Assembly: GCA_002104905.1 (NCBI GenBank)
Contig: MCFE01000065.1
Span: forward strand, 62,001-126,000
Origin: Basidiobolus meristosporus CBS 931.73
Lineage: Eukaryota > Fungi > Basidiobolomycota
Reading direction: 5' to 3'
Length of the DNA: 64,000 nucleotides
Shown: in pieces, positions 36,408-48,689 of the stretch
How positions within the stretch are numbered: the stretch's first letter is position 1
How the letters are laid out: every line of letters starts with the position of its first letter
Made by a program: the position numbers and the translations under genes
Notes under the pieces: generated by a model
The model's input: only the letters and a program-made list of their open reading frames with translations
Databases searched by the model: none
What the model was told of the DNA's origin: nothing

Positions 36408-38126
36408 CTACTGCTGGCCATGATAGGTTTCCGGCACCGGCATAGGATAGTGTACCTGATGCTGAGAGGAGCTACTATCTTCAGGGCGAGTCGGTAGTGT
36501 AGGAGCTTCTTGGTGTTGAGTGTTGCTCTCATAGCGGGTTGGCAATGGTGGCCCAAGGTTTGGAGAATATTGATCCGGTATCTCTACCATAGGGTAGATT
36601 TCGCTGCTGTCGCTGTAGCTAGGCCTTTCCGTTTCCGTAGGTTGTGTAGTAAGAAGATGGGTGTTTCCTCCTGAATTCATTTCCTGCTTCTTCCGGGATC
36701 TGAGCTCCACTCGTTTGCGTGCAAGGCGGCAAGAATCAACGCCACAACAGAGCACGCCATACAGGAATTCGGGAATATAGGTAACATAGCCATCGATTAA
36801 GGCCTTTGATGGAGTCATCCGTACAGTGTCCAGCTGACCGTTTTCATGCTTGGCTACTACATCTTGAGGTCCATAGTACTTGGCCATCAAAATGATGATA
36901 AATGCCATCACCACGCATATAATAATAACGTAAAGCCCGTTTTTGACTGCTGCCGCGGGCCAAGCAATTGAATCACTCGAATTGGTTCCATCCGTACCCT
37001 TAATCACACCAGCCGTGGTAAGGGCAGTTAGGAGAATATCACCAATGTAGAAGATAAACATGATAGGGCCCTTGACACACCAAAACATTCCATGGGCATG
37101 AATCTTGCCCCGCTTCCATTCCTCATGGAACACCGCGAGATAAGTGAAGAGGGCGGAGAGAATGACAGAGAGAGAAACAAAATCGATAATCGTAAGGTAG
37201 ACGTAAGCACCGTGGAAATTATAGCTGCCTTCACAGTAATATCCTCGAAGTTCAGCGAAAATAGAGATAAACGCATCTATGATTGACCTGATAAGAAGAC
37301 GTTAGTAGAGTGCCCTCATGCAAGCTAACCCTATGCAACTTACCATATCGGATACTGGAAAACCAGAATATTCGTGATAGTGTTGTAATGGAGTCCCCAT
37401 TTAGATTTTCTATATAACTCGAAGGTCAGGACACGGCGCGTGAATGGCATGAACAAAATGAGGACTTACATGTGGATTTTGAAAAAGTAAAACAATTTAA
37501 CTGTAATGTCTTCCTTCCTCTGGCCAGCTTCGTCTCGAAATGGCTGTAGATACGATTGAAGGCACATGTAGAGGTTGTATACGGCAAAAGACTCGAACAA
37601 GGTTGCGAAAAACATGATAGTTGTTGAATAGTCGTAACGCAAGTATGAAAACCAGGCTAAAGTTGCATAAACGGGAGGATATAGCAACACTCTCAATTTG
37701 TGTCTTTGCACATGCGAATCACTACACGGTAAGGTGGTTTACGTTAGAGAATGCACCAGTGAGTACAGCATAACAAAATACTCTTACTAATAATTTCTAG
37801 CGTGGCGGGCTATAATTATGAAGGCATAGACCCAGGTGAAAGCTATCAAAACACAGCAGAACAACCAACCGATAACATGCCAGTTTTGACTAGATAAACG
37901 AAAGGCTCCGTAAGTACAGAGGCTAAACTACATTCGTTCTGTATACAACGAAAATACCTTGGGTGTTGGAAAAGAGAACCTAGGTGGAAACCTGGCTGGG
38001 TCCTAGACAGAGAGGGTCAACTTATGCACTATTGAATATACAGAGTTCGGGCAATACGTACAAACCACCTGCTTGACGTAGACCGCCAGGACTGGGGCAC
38101 TGGTTAGCGCTGTGGGAAGTATCCAT
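36408..38126 (-). CDS. OST-alpha / TMEM184-family multipass membrane protein, multi-exon
   Basis: Exons encode WHVIGWLFCCVLIAFTWV..II.RHARNY, QRHKLRVLLYPPVYA..AWFSY, FESFAVYNLYMCL, FQYPIWSII and KIHAHGMFWCVKGPI. The start at 38126 is inferred from splice signals. Confidence 0.8.
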
Positions 38127-40509
38127 GTATTTACAATATGAGAGGTAAATAGGGAAGAGAAGACGAAGGGGATACAATTATATACTGGCAATTATATACA
38201 GGTGACTAACGGATTATTTGTTGGATACCCTCCAGTTAGGTATGGAATCGATCTATCATCAGGAAAACGATCGTATCTGACCCTATTACCATATATGAGT
38301 GCCGAATTCCATGGCGGAAAATCTTTTGTTTCGAGGAATAATCCAAGTCACAGGCTGGGATTCACTGAATTAAATCCGTAATCGGTGTTGAAATTAGCCG
38401 TGAGGAAAAGCACTTTCTGCTGATTCATATCCAACGTCTGCTTTGCACCTACTTATTTGAATTGCTGGAGTGTTTGGTTTGACCAAGGAGGGACCACCGT
38501 ATGGTGTGGTAGTAGGCTTAGTCTTTGAAACGATGTAGGGCTTGGTTGCGGAGTGGGCATTTCATGGTCATGAATGTCGCATACGACGCGTATGCATTGA
38601 TGGAGAATTTGCCTCCGAAATCCAAGCAGAAATTACCAGTTGAAATTCATCAGATTTTTCAAATATGGAAAATGTTGGGTGGACGAAGTAAAAAAATCTT
38701 GGTAATGCCGATAGGGTGATTCGATGATTTGTTTGGAAGAGTGGCTATCCTACCCCATCAATATTAACTAAACCATACAGAGGATAACCTAGCGCAACCA
38801 TCTTGCCTTCTGGAAGACCAGGCATTCACACATTTTCTCATGTAATCTGGCGTATCTTTGATGGCAGTGTCGCGAAACTTTGTTTGTGACATGATATTGG
38901 TATTGAGTGAGCAAATTTTGCCAAGATTGAAGTCATATCGCTACGTAATGATCACTTAAGAGTCAGCACTGGCACATGTGAAAAGTCCTACTTTGGGATA
39001 GCTTCCATTTTGGTGTAATTCTAGTGATGGTTTCACTGGAATTCGATACAATACATGATGATCTGTACTGGGGATCTTCACTTCTCTAATTGGATAATAT
39101 TTGCTGTATCGAAGGGTGGATTGGCCATAACATTCTTATGAGAACCGTGCATGGACAAAGTGGTTACTCCGGCTATAGAACAGTGCACAGTTGAGTGAAG
39201 AAGGCCAATGATGCCAATTTAGAAATACCACGCGTACTTATCACACTTGGCATCGGCGGTATGGAATGCTACCTTAGATGCCTGCTTTCAACTGCCATGT
39301 TCAATTTGGAGAATACAGTTTTTGGATTCTTGGTTAAACTATTCGAAGCATGCATAAACGTACCTTGGTGCTTTGATCATATTGTGAGAGCTCATTGGAG
39401 TACAGTAGCATATTTAACTGATGACAGCGCCTGAAACACTTACGTGTTTGACACAATTTATGCCATGAAGTTGGCAAGGGAAGCGTTGCCTCACAAACAT
39501 TACTCGAGAATGCTGTGTTACAGGAGCACAACGCCCATTACGGCTAGCCCAACAAATACCCCGCAAAATTTACATTCACTTTGATGTAACAGTGCGATAT
39601 TGATGCCAGATCAAGATATCCTTTTCTAGTGGCAATTACAGGAAACAACGTACCCAGATACACAAGAATACTGAATATTGAAATTTGGTTATCAAAACGA
39701 TCAATAAAGGATTAGTAACAACTTCTGATAATCATAAGCAATATGCAAATATCCGTTTTTAGAATAACCCTATGGTCACCATGTTGAGAATGATTAGTAC
39801 TATTTCGGATGATACTTCGATTGCATAGCAAATCAATCTGTTAGAAATTGACAGGTTGGTCCAAGTATTTGTTGGAATAATTCGAACACAAAAGATATTC
39901 AGCAACTTCTAATAGATCTCAGGCCAACTTTAAAGGATAACGGTGAAACTAAAGAATCAAAGCTTGAAAAGCAGGAGCAATAGTAATACTAGGCGTAAAT
40001 GTGCATCGCCTTATCCAAAACCTTCACAACGGATCTGAGATACAGAAGTTTGATAATGTAGGGAAGAAACATGGGTACACTCAAGAGAGCATGCCTGTAG
40101 GGAGCTGGAGGAAGGCCTGAAGCCATAGAGTCAAATTAGTAAGCAACAAACTTATCAAGCATGGTGTGGTCTCATGAGAGCTGTAGTCATGATGTTCTTA
40201 ACTTTACACTCAATATGCTACATACATCAAGCACATTGACTTAATAAATCAAATAGTGGAAACATCAGTTATTCTATATCAAAGTAAGTCATTTCCAAAT
40301 CCCTACTTCATTAGCTTTTTATACACAGATAGACAATAATGTGCATACTAATACAAGAGTAATGAGGTTTTGGATGCTTAGGAATGCTCTATCAATTCTA
40401 GTATTTAGTTGAGCACCTAATTACTCATGTATCTTTCATAAAGCTCTATATGATATTCATTAATTTTTGGATCGATGAGAGTGCTTGAAGTTATCAAACC
40501 TGTCCAAAA

Positions 40510-40858
40510 TGTTGTAAGAGTTTTGGAGATATTGGAAGTGACTGGGAGAACAAGTGGATTATGTGGTTTTCAATTGATGATTTATTGAATGTAAAAGTAG
40601 TATTTATACTTTTGCATGGTCTTGGAGAAACAAACACGTAGAGCATGTTTAGGAAGGTCCCAAGAACATGTGTGCAAAGTTTGGGGCCGTTTGGACAACT
40701 TTGAGATATTTCATGTTCTGGGTGCCTGATGTTTTGGTGAAAGTATTCGAAGTAAATCCCCGACAAGGAATTTGGCCAGAATTCGGTAAGAGTTGTAGAC
40801 TATGATCTGAGTGGCTAAGTTAGGTGAATATTTGGGTGCAATTACGAAATTTACAACA
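40510..40858 (-). mobile_element. Solo LTR (349 bp) of an integrase-type LTR retrotransposon
   Basis: Termini TGTTGTAA (40510-17) and TTACAACA (40851-58); flanking 5-mers CAAAA/CAAAG. TATAAATA and AATAAA lie on the minus strand. It is the reverse complement of 50400-50747 at roughly 85-90% identity. Confidence 0.85.
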
Positions 40859-41039
40859 CAAAGACCCCAGGCAGTGCACGCAACTTTCTGAGACCTTCCT
40901 CAAAGTATCCATACAATTTTTACAAAGTTTACACAAGTACGAATACATTGTGTACATTCAACAAATCAGTAAGTGAAAAACCACACTTCTAAATACTTCC
41001 ACTTTCTTCTCATTATCACGATAATCCATTCAGATCACA
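40859..41039 (+). mobile_element. 3' half of an older diverged LTR of the same family, hosting the 40510-40858 insertion (5' part about 40480-40509)
   Basis: gaccttcctcaaagtatccatac and tacattcaacaaatcagtaagtgaaaaaccaca align collinearly with the young LTR (gaccttcctaaacatgctctac; tacattcaataaatcatcaattgaaaaccaca). Confidence 0.7.
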
Positions 41040-42488
41040 GTCTTACTTTCTGCATTTGATTCCTGTAGGTGGCCCATCCAGTAGAACGATGTTTTCCAAA
41101 GGTTACGTTGCAAAATAAGAGTACTTATTTTTGTCATCCTCAAATTCAAAACCTTCAGCTCCCTCGTTGGCTTGTTTCCTGATGTAAGCCTTTACGGAAA
41201 TAGGATTATTATTGCTGGTGTAAGCGGACTTGGTACTACGGTAAGAGAATAATAACAGACATGATGGTGCTTTGTAATTTCGTGATTCTTACTCCATAAT
41301 GATATGTGACACTTCACCTGTTTGTCAATCTTGATAGAATGATTTCCAATAGTACGTTACAATATGAGCCTAATGGAACTTTTCAAGTGGGGAAGCATTT
41401 TTGCATGATTCCCTATGGACTGGGCTGGGGTCTACCTGTAATATCAACACATCAAAATTATGATCCAAGTTGTAAGCAGAGAGCTCCTTGAAGCAATATA
41501 CAAGCGAGCTATTGGTCAGCATGGTGTACCTTGAATAAGGCTTGTAGGAGTGAGCCTTACCGCCTCGGTTGCAGATAGCTCGATGCTGTACAGTTAGCGT
41601 AATACATATCGAAAACCCTACGCTGCCACGGGCTACTGTCATAACCCTGGTACCTCTTTCTGTTAGTGGGGCTAATTACGCCAACCTAAGTTTAATGCTA
41701 TTGTAGAGTACAAGTTGATGGGATGGCCTGCTCTTGTCTTGCTTCCAAGTCAATGACGTCGTCATGTGAGCGAGAGTGCTCGTTAAACTGTGTATATATG
41801 TACAAATGAAGTTTCTCGATGTAATCCAAGTAAAAAGTGGATGTGGGAATAAACCAATCCTCAGAAACATCAACAACACCAGCGGTATTACTAATCTATT
41901 GCTCACATACAAAACTCCATCTAGTTAAATTGACTTTCATTCGATTGCATGTTATCTATTGCCCCAAGTAAAATAAGCTAACTGTTTTATTCTTAGATTT
42001 GCGACCGTGGTTTAAGCTACGTACGCTTTCCAAAACCGTATCTGACTAAGGAAATGTGGCTTCTTATGAGGAAGGATACGGATCAAAGATAGACTCAGAA
42101 AGCTTGTTTTACCTATACATCTAGTACATTTACGCACTATTTCGTAAAAACAAGCTCGATCTCATGCGTTGTGCATTCATTGATGACTGTAGTCTAGAGT
42201 TTACACGGCTCATGGTGTATAACAAAGCCTATAGCCCCCAAGCCTCGGTCTGCTTGGTAGTAGCCTAATTTAAAGACGATACGTGGCAGTAGCCAAGCTA
42301 AAAGCCAGATGATGTCACTCAGAAGGTCCCCTTTATACTTTACTCTGGAAAACCCACCACTGGAAACCGATATTGTTAGTGACAGGCGATGTATGGCGAG
42401 AATTAGCCACGTTATAAATACCTTGGCCCGCATGGGAGATCAAGTATTCCAAGTTTTCGACATAGGCTACAATTTACTATCTACTTAA

Positions 42489-42950
42489 TTGAATATGAGA
42501 TTTTCTCTTCTCACAATAGTGTTGATTGGCTGTGCTATCTCTACAGCCCAGGGAGCTATAAGTCACGATGGTAGTTGTGGAAAAGGAAATGAATGCGCTT
42601 CCGGCTCTTGTTGCTCGGAGTGGGGCTACTGTGGAACAGGACCAGCATTCTGCAACTCCAATTCTAAAGGCGGAGGTGAAGAACCCGACAGCGAACATTC
42701 TGATGAACATCAGCCCACCAAGGCTCCTGGAGGGGACAACTCTGGAAGCAACCCACAGCAGGCAACGGCAACGGCAACCTCCACCACCTCCACATCGACC
42801 GCTGGCTCAAAAACCACCTCCGAAAACAAACCGACTGGTACCAACACCGGGGGTCATGCAAGTGAAGTCTCGTCCATCTCCCCAGTTTCGGCATACCTGA
42901 TCGCTCTTGGGCTTACTTTGCACCTGGTTGGCCAAACCTATTATGGATGA
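42489..42950 (+). CDS. Small secreted chitin-binding (hevein/CBM18) protein with S/T-rich stalk and probable GPI signal
   Basis: Signal peptide, then SHDGSCGKGNECASGSCCSEWGYCGTGPAFC (hevein consensus CCSxxGYCG), a low-complexity stalk and a hydrophobic C-terminus. Confidence 0.88.
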   Translation: MNMRFSLLTIVLIGCAISTAQGAISHDGSCGKGNECASGSCCSEWGYCGTGPAFCNSNSKGGGEEPDSEHSDEHQPTKAPGGDNSGSNPQQATATATSTTSTSTAGSKTTSENKPTGTNTGGHASEVSSISPVSAYLIALGLTLHLVGQTYYG

Positions 42951-43389
42951 ACATACGACAATGTCGAGAGACTACCACTTGCATGAATACAGGATATTTT
43001 GATTGCCAGCCAAAATCAGGGCTGCCCGCATTGCAGGAACCAGGGCAGAATAAAAGTCAGACTAACCATTAGATAGATGAAACAACTTGCTAGATGAATT
43101 GCTTTCCCATCATCAAGTAACCAGCTATTTGTGGCTCATTATATGCTAAATATCTGAAATAAACCCACAGTTACAGGAATTCATCTGGATCGCGCTACTT
43201 ACAACCGACTTCGGCACACCAAATTGCGAAGGATCAACATACAAACTAAAGTAATTATTTTTATTACATTGTCGGTCCTATGAATCACCGCTCAGCCTTA
43301 ATGTGGTTTAGATGGCATTACTACTGTCCTTCAAATATGGAAAATGTGTTTTGATGCAGCAAACCTCAAAAACCCCCTTGGCGATGGAA

Positions 43390-45175
43390 TTAGAGCTTTG
43401 ACTTGGCCATCTTGTCCCTGGCCTCCTGGGCTTCCTTCAAAAGTCTCCTCTGAATCTTCCCGGCGGGGCTTTTGGGTATAACGTTGGTGAATTCAATACC
43501 TCCCCTTATCTTTTTGTGTGGTGCCACTTGGCTATTTACAAAGTCGAGGATTTCAGACTTGAGTTTTTCTGATGGTTCAACATTTACTTGAAGGACGACG
43601 AAAGCCTTTGGCACCTCAGTGGCTTGACTAGGGTCTTGAATACCTATCACGGCTGCATCAGCTACACAGTTGTGGTCCACTAGCTTCGCCTCCAACTCCG
43701 CAGGTGCAACCTGGAATCCCTTATACTTTATCAACTCCTTCAAGCGGTCAGTAATATACCAGAAGCCGTTGGGATCGACCTTTCCAACATCTCCGGTGTG
43801 GAAAAACCCATCCTTGTCGATAGAGTCTGCCGTAGCTTTTGCGTTTTTGTAGTATCCACGCATGATGTCGGGTCCTCTCAGCCATATCTCTCCCTCTTGA
43901 TTATAGCCTAACATCTTTCCGGTATTCGGATCGACGACCTTCGCCTCCATTCCTGGCATTAGTTGACCCACAGAGCCATAATGAATGCAACCATGTGGGA
44001 ATGAAAATCCTGTCGGTGAGGTTTCGGTCAGTCCATACCCCTCAACGATAGTTATCTTGTATTTTCGGAACAACCCTTCGGTAAGTTCCTTTCCCAAGGG
44101 TGCTGCGCCGGAGTTCATTTTCTTTAAGCTGCTCAGATCGAACTTAGCCACAAGTGGATGTTTCAGCAGCCCTAATGCAATAGGTGGCACAATGACCAAT
44201 TTGGTAATCTTGTACCTCTCAATGGCGTATAGGAATTTCTCCATGTCGAATCGACTTAGAATTACGATCTTCGATCCCTCCTGAGTTAGGGGTGCATGAA
44301 GGCAGCAACACAATCCATACATATGGTAAAACGGCAGTACCCCAGACAAGGTACTTATATCAGGCTCAAGGAATTGTATCTGTTGACAAACGCTGGAAAT
44401 GATGTTTCTGTGGGTTGTTTCAACGCCTTTCGGGTGTCCTATACAGTGGATGAGATTAGAATAGCTCATAATATACAAACACCATTTTCGGCTACCTGAT
44501 GTCCCTGATGAATAGCATATGTAAGCTGTACTCTCCGGGTTCACTTTTGGTCTTTGGAATGGTGTCTTCTCAAACATCTGGTTGATTGTGTGAATACCAG
44601 GATCTGCTTGGTCCTCGAAGACAACCAGGTTACAGGTTTTTTCCAGGTTTGCTAGCTTGATTGCCGCTATCGCTGTGGGAAGCAAAACAACACTTGTTAC
44701 CATAACTTTGGGCTCCGTCTGGGATATCTGGCGAGCAAGCTCAGTAGCCGTATAGTTTGGATTGGCTGTCGTAACAGCTCCGCCTTGTGATAGAAGGTTA
44801 GTCTGCGCTTGGTGAACAAGGCAATAGAAGCATCGACTTACCAGTGACAATCGTTCCAAATAGCACGGTCGAGTATAGAATCTACAGAGCATACGTGTTA
44901 TTGCACTGTATTACGAACACCTTGCATCGAATAATACGTACGTGATTTGGAGAGAATAGAGCTAGTCGATCGCCGGCTTTGAAGTGAAATAGTTTCGTCA
45001 AGTTACCGGCAAATCTTAGGGAATTCTCCTGGATGTCACCAAACGTTATGCGTTTATCGGTCTCCGCATCAATTATGACAACCTGATCTCTTGGTACTCT
45101 TGGGTTGTCAAAGAGGAAAGTGTAGATATCTTCACGAGGAATTTCGTTTGGAGTATACAAGGATTTAAAAAGCAT
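43390..45175 (-). CDS. 4-coumarate:CoA ligase-like / luciferase-like acyl-CoA synthetase, peroxisomal (PTS1), multi-exon
   Basis: Motifs CYSSGTSG..KGV, LPFYHMYGL, GYGLTETSP, GEIWLRGPDIMRGY, FHTGD and DRLKELIKYKGFQVAPAELE. C-terminal SKL*. Exon 1 spans 45175-44942. Confidence 0.93.
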
Positions 45176-47018
45176 CTTCAGAGAGGAAGAGGAATAATGT
45201 TGATAAGATCGGATGGCCAGTGTTTATTTATATATATTGGCCGGTTGACCCCTTACGATCAATCATTCACTCCAGTACTCTAATCGGTGAGGAGTTGGTT
45301 TAAATTCCCACTATTCCCACTCAATTGACCACAGACGTTTCATATTAGTAAGAAGGTATTTCATTATTCACATACTCAACAATCTCTCTCAAGATCAAAA
45401 GATAACTTCGTAGGCGCAGATAACAACCCAGATATCCCAATGATCATTTTCATCCTTTTAGTACCACGAGCACACCATGCTATTTAGTGGGTGTTCACAC
45501 ATCAAGTGGGCAATATAGTCATTTGTGGTAGGTTTCCAACGTATCTTCAGATTTCCAGATTGCTCATGCATCATGGTAGATTTGGTATAGTTGATCTACT
45601 TGACCATAACGCGCTTGATATGACCTACCCAACCAAAGGCCGTGTGACCGTCTCGTGATGTTCTTGAGATGACATCCTCCATCGCGGGCCAATTGGACAA
45701 ATGATTTCCAGGCAAGAATATGACGAAGCTGATGACCAGTACGAGGGATGATTAGCTGCATGATAATCCTTCCATAGCTGCCGTTTGCAGTGTCTAGCTA
45801 TGTCGACCATGACCGGCATTCCTCAACAACTGGAGTGTTGTGAAAAGTCGCATCTTAAGTCGCCACACACATCGCCGGATAGTAATTATTGTGAACAACG
45901 CATCCACTATGCAGTTACAGCGAAAGATCACACCTGAAAGAAAAGATTGGATGCCTGCCGCTGCCTGCAGATCGGTAGTGTTTTGGGATCAATAGCTGTG
46001 AGAGTTTGCGTACGCGCCATGTGTAATTGACATGAAACAATGGTAATCCCTAGGACTCGAGACCATTGTGCTGTTTTCATGGTCTAAATCACAGCGATTT
46101 CCGTATCTTACTACCGGGTAATATGCCCCACCAATACTCCAGCTTTTGAGGTATGATTAATTACATGATAAAATCTAATTAATCAGCAGAATTTGGGTCG
46201 TAAATGCTCATATGAAGCCATATTATGGATAAATATCTTCCGTCCGGATTTTTATATACCCATCAGTGCATTAGGAATGTTGCGTGAATTACTCATTCCT
46301 CTCTCAACACTGCTGTTTGCGCCACTTTACTAGACAAATAAGCAGACTTCGTGGGACCAACCTGGTCTCTGTCTACTTGAATATCGAACAATGTGTTTCA
46401 TTAATCCTTTGTTAAAATGCTGTCTCTATTCAGCGGGGAACAATAACAACATATCTCACAAAAATGAGCTTTGATTGGCCAAGGTTCCATCCTCTGCTCC
46501 AACTTTACCTCAATAGCGCCAATCGTTTTTTAGAACTCCGTTCCCCGGTACTTCCTACATGGTTTCGTTGTCAGCTCACTTCATGTTTGACTATACACTA
46601 ACTGCTACATTACTCCGTTTCTCGGCATTGGCGAAACCGACTGGATAGGTACATCTTTGTTTCACAAGTCACTTTGCACTGAAGTCAGAAGTATTTACGT
46701 GAAATTTTATTATGTGGGATATATATACCCAATTGCAATCTACTAGTGTGATAATCGTAAGTTCAAGAGAAATCGACAGCCACAGACTGCCTCCCGGGGG
46801 CCTCCATTCGCCGATTTTTGGCCGAAATGAGAGGATTCACTTGGGAGCAAACCGGGAGGGTGCGTAGAAATTAAAATGCAGCTTTAGATGAAAAGATTGG
46901 TCAAAAATATTGATGGATTAGGCTTTAGCTTGAACAGGACTCGGCTGGAACAAAATATATGAATACGCAGATGTAGAAAACTACAAGACAGGTCGTGCAA
47001 AATGGCTGCAGTACCAAT

Positions 47019-48689
47019 CTACTTCGAGTAGCTCTTATCCAAGGCATCTCGGTTGAGCAAAGTTTGACGCTCGCTATCTTCGTTCAATGTTGAATCGCTA
47101 TCAAGAACCTCTTCCTCTACAGATCTGTGCGAGTTGACATATGAAATGAGATTGAGTGTTAAGCCACCAATAAACCCAATCAGTGCAAGCGAAAGGAAGA
47201 ACATCTCCATGGCGGTATAGCTCCGGGTAATAATCTGGATCTTGCCCACAATGAGAGGAACTCCGGAAATGGAGAGATTGAAGAAAATCCCTGCGATTCC
47301 AAATGCTGTGCCCAATTGCTTCTCCTTGACAATGCACGGAATACAAGGCCAGACTGCAGACGCGAATAATGAATATGTGATTCCTAGAATGGTGTATCCA
47401 AGGACTGGAGTAATCTCTGTAAGCCCTAGAATAGCATGCACAATAACGATCAAAGCTGCACTAAATGTCATTATAGGCCCATGGTATCCGATACGGTCTA
47501 CAAGCAAACCACAAAGTGGTGAGCCAATAGAAGATATAATGTTGGGTATGGACATGACTACAGAGTATGCGTTAGAGAATATGCGGTGAAGAAAGCCTAT
47601 AGCGTGTCACTTACCTGCCCCAGCACTCTGGGAGTCTCCAGGATACCATTTGTACTGAAGGAAATCAGATGAAATGTACAAGAAAGGTTGAACAGAGCCT
47701 AATAACGATAATTAATATCATAAGGGAAGAATGCGAATGGTGTTTGATATCGCAAATACGTACCATACAAAGCGACGATGAGCAGACAAATTAACCAGAA
47801 AGAGAGGCGCAATTTCAATATGTCTTTAACAGATAGCTCGTCCTCACCGCTGCAAGCTTCCAGAGGAACACCAGCCCGTTGCCGTGCTTGAGGAGTATCG
47901 AGACGGATCAACACAAATGCGCAAAATCCAGAGAATAGGCAAACAAGGAATCCTATCCAGCTCACTGTGATAACATCTGTAAGATTGCAAATCCAAGGGG
48001 ATAGTAGTGCGTCGGCTGCTGAGCCCCATCTTCCGACCGTCAAATTCAGAGCCAGGGCAAATGCAAGTAAGGAGCCACGGAACCAATCAGTAGTAACCTT
48101 CCCTTGAACAATCTCTAAACTACCACAACCAATTCCCAAAAAACAGCGGCCCACGCACATAAGCCAAAATGCGCGAGCTGTTACGCCAATGGAAAATAGA
48201 GCTTGCCCCAGGCACATGAGGATAGAAAAGAGGACCAACGCAAAGGAAGACCCGTACTTATCCAAAAGTAGACCACCAAAGATGGGAAATACTACGTTAG
48301 GCAAGGAAGTAACCATGAACAACACGCTCACTTGATATTGCCAGTTTACAGGATCGGCACCGAGGTGATCGCGCAATTGTATGCTCAAAACCTAACATGA
48401 AGAACATTCATGAGCATTTTAGTGAACATTACACCATGTATGCGAATTTTGACTTACCCCGGGAATTTCATAGCTGGAGATGATTCGCGGATAAGTGAAG
48501 AACCGGTCAGTATTAAAAAGATAAATGGCCCAGGAGAAAGCAATCTCACCAAAAGTACTGCCCAAGCATGAAAGCGCAAGCTAAAAACAGGATTACCCAG
48601 CTGTACGCAGATTGCTTTGGCCTTTGTGACATTTCAGTTTGCGAGTCATTTGGAGCAGTGCTCGTAACAATATCCTCGTTGGGAGACAT
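47019..48689 (-). CDS. Major facilitator superfamily transporter, MFSD1-like, multi-exon
   Basis: Motifs SLPNVVFPIFGGLLLDKYG, GRCFLGIG.GSLEI....TTDWF, GLLVDRIG and WPCIPCIVKEKQLGTAFG. Likely start MSPNEDI at 48689. Confidence 0.88.

Noticed and set aside
41040-41160. Minus-strand peptide FEFEDDKNK...ENIVLLDGPP, faintly like the Tc1/mariner DN...WP region
   Set aside because: The spacing and key residues are wrong, there is an in-frame stop, and no TIRs were found.
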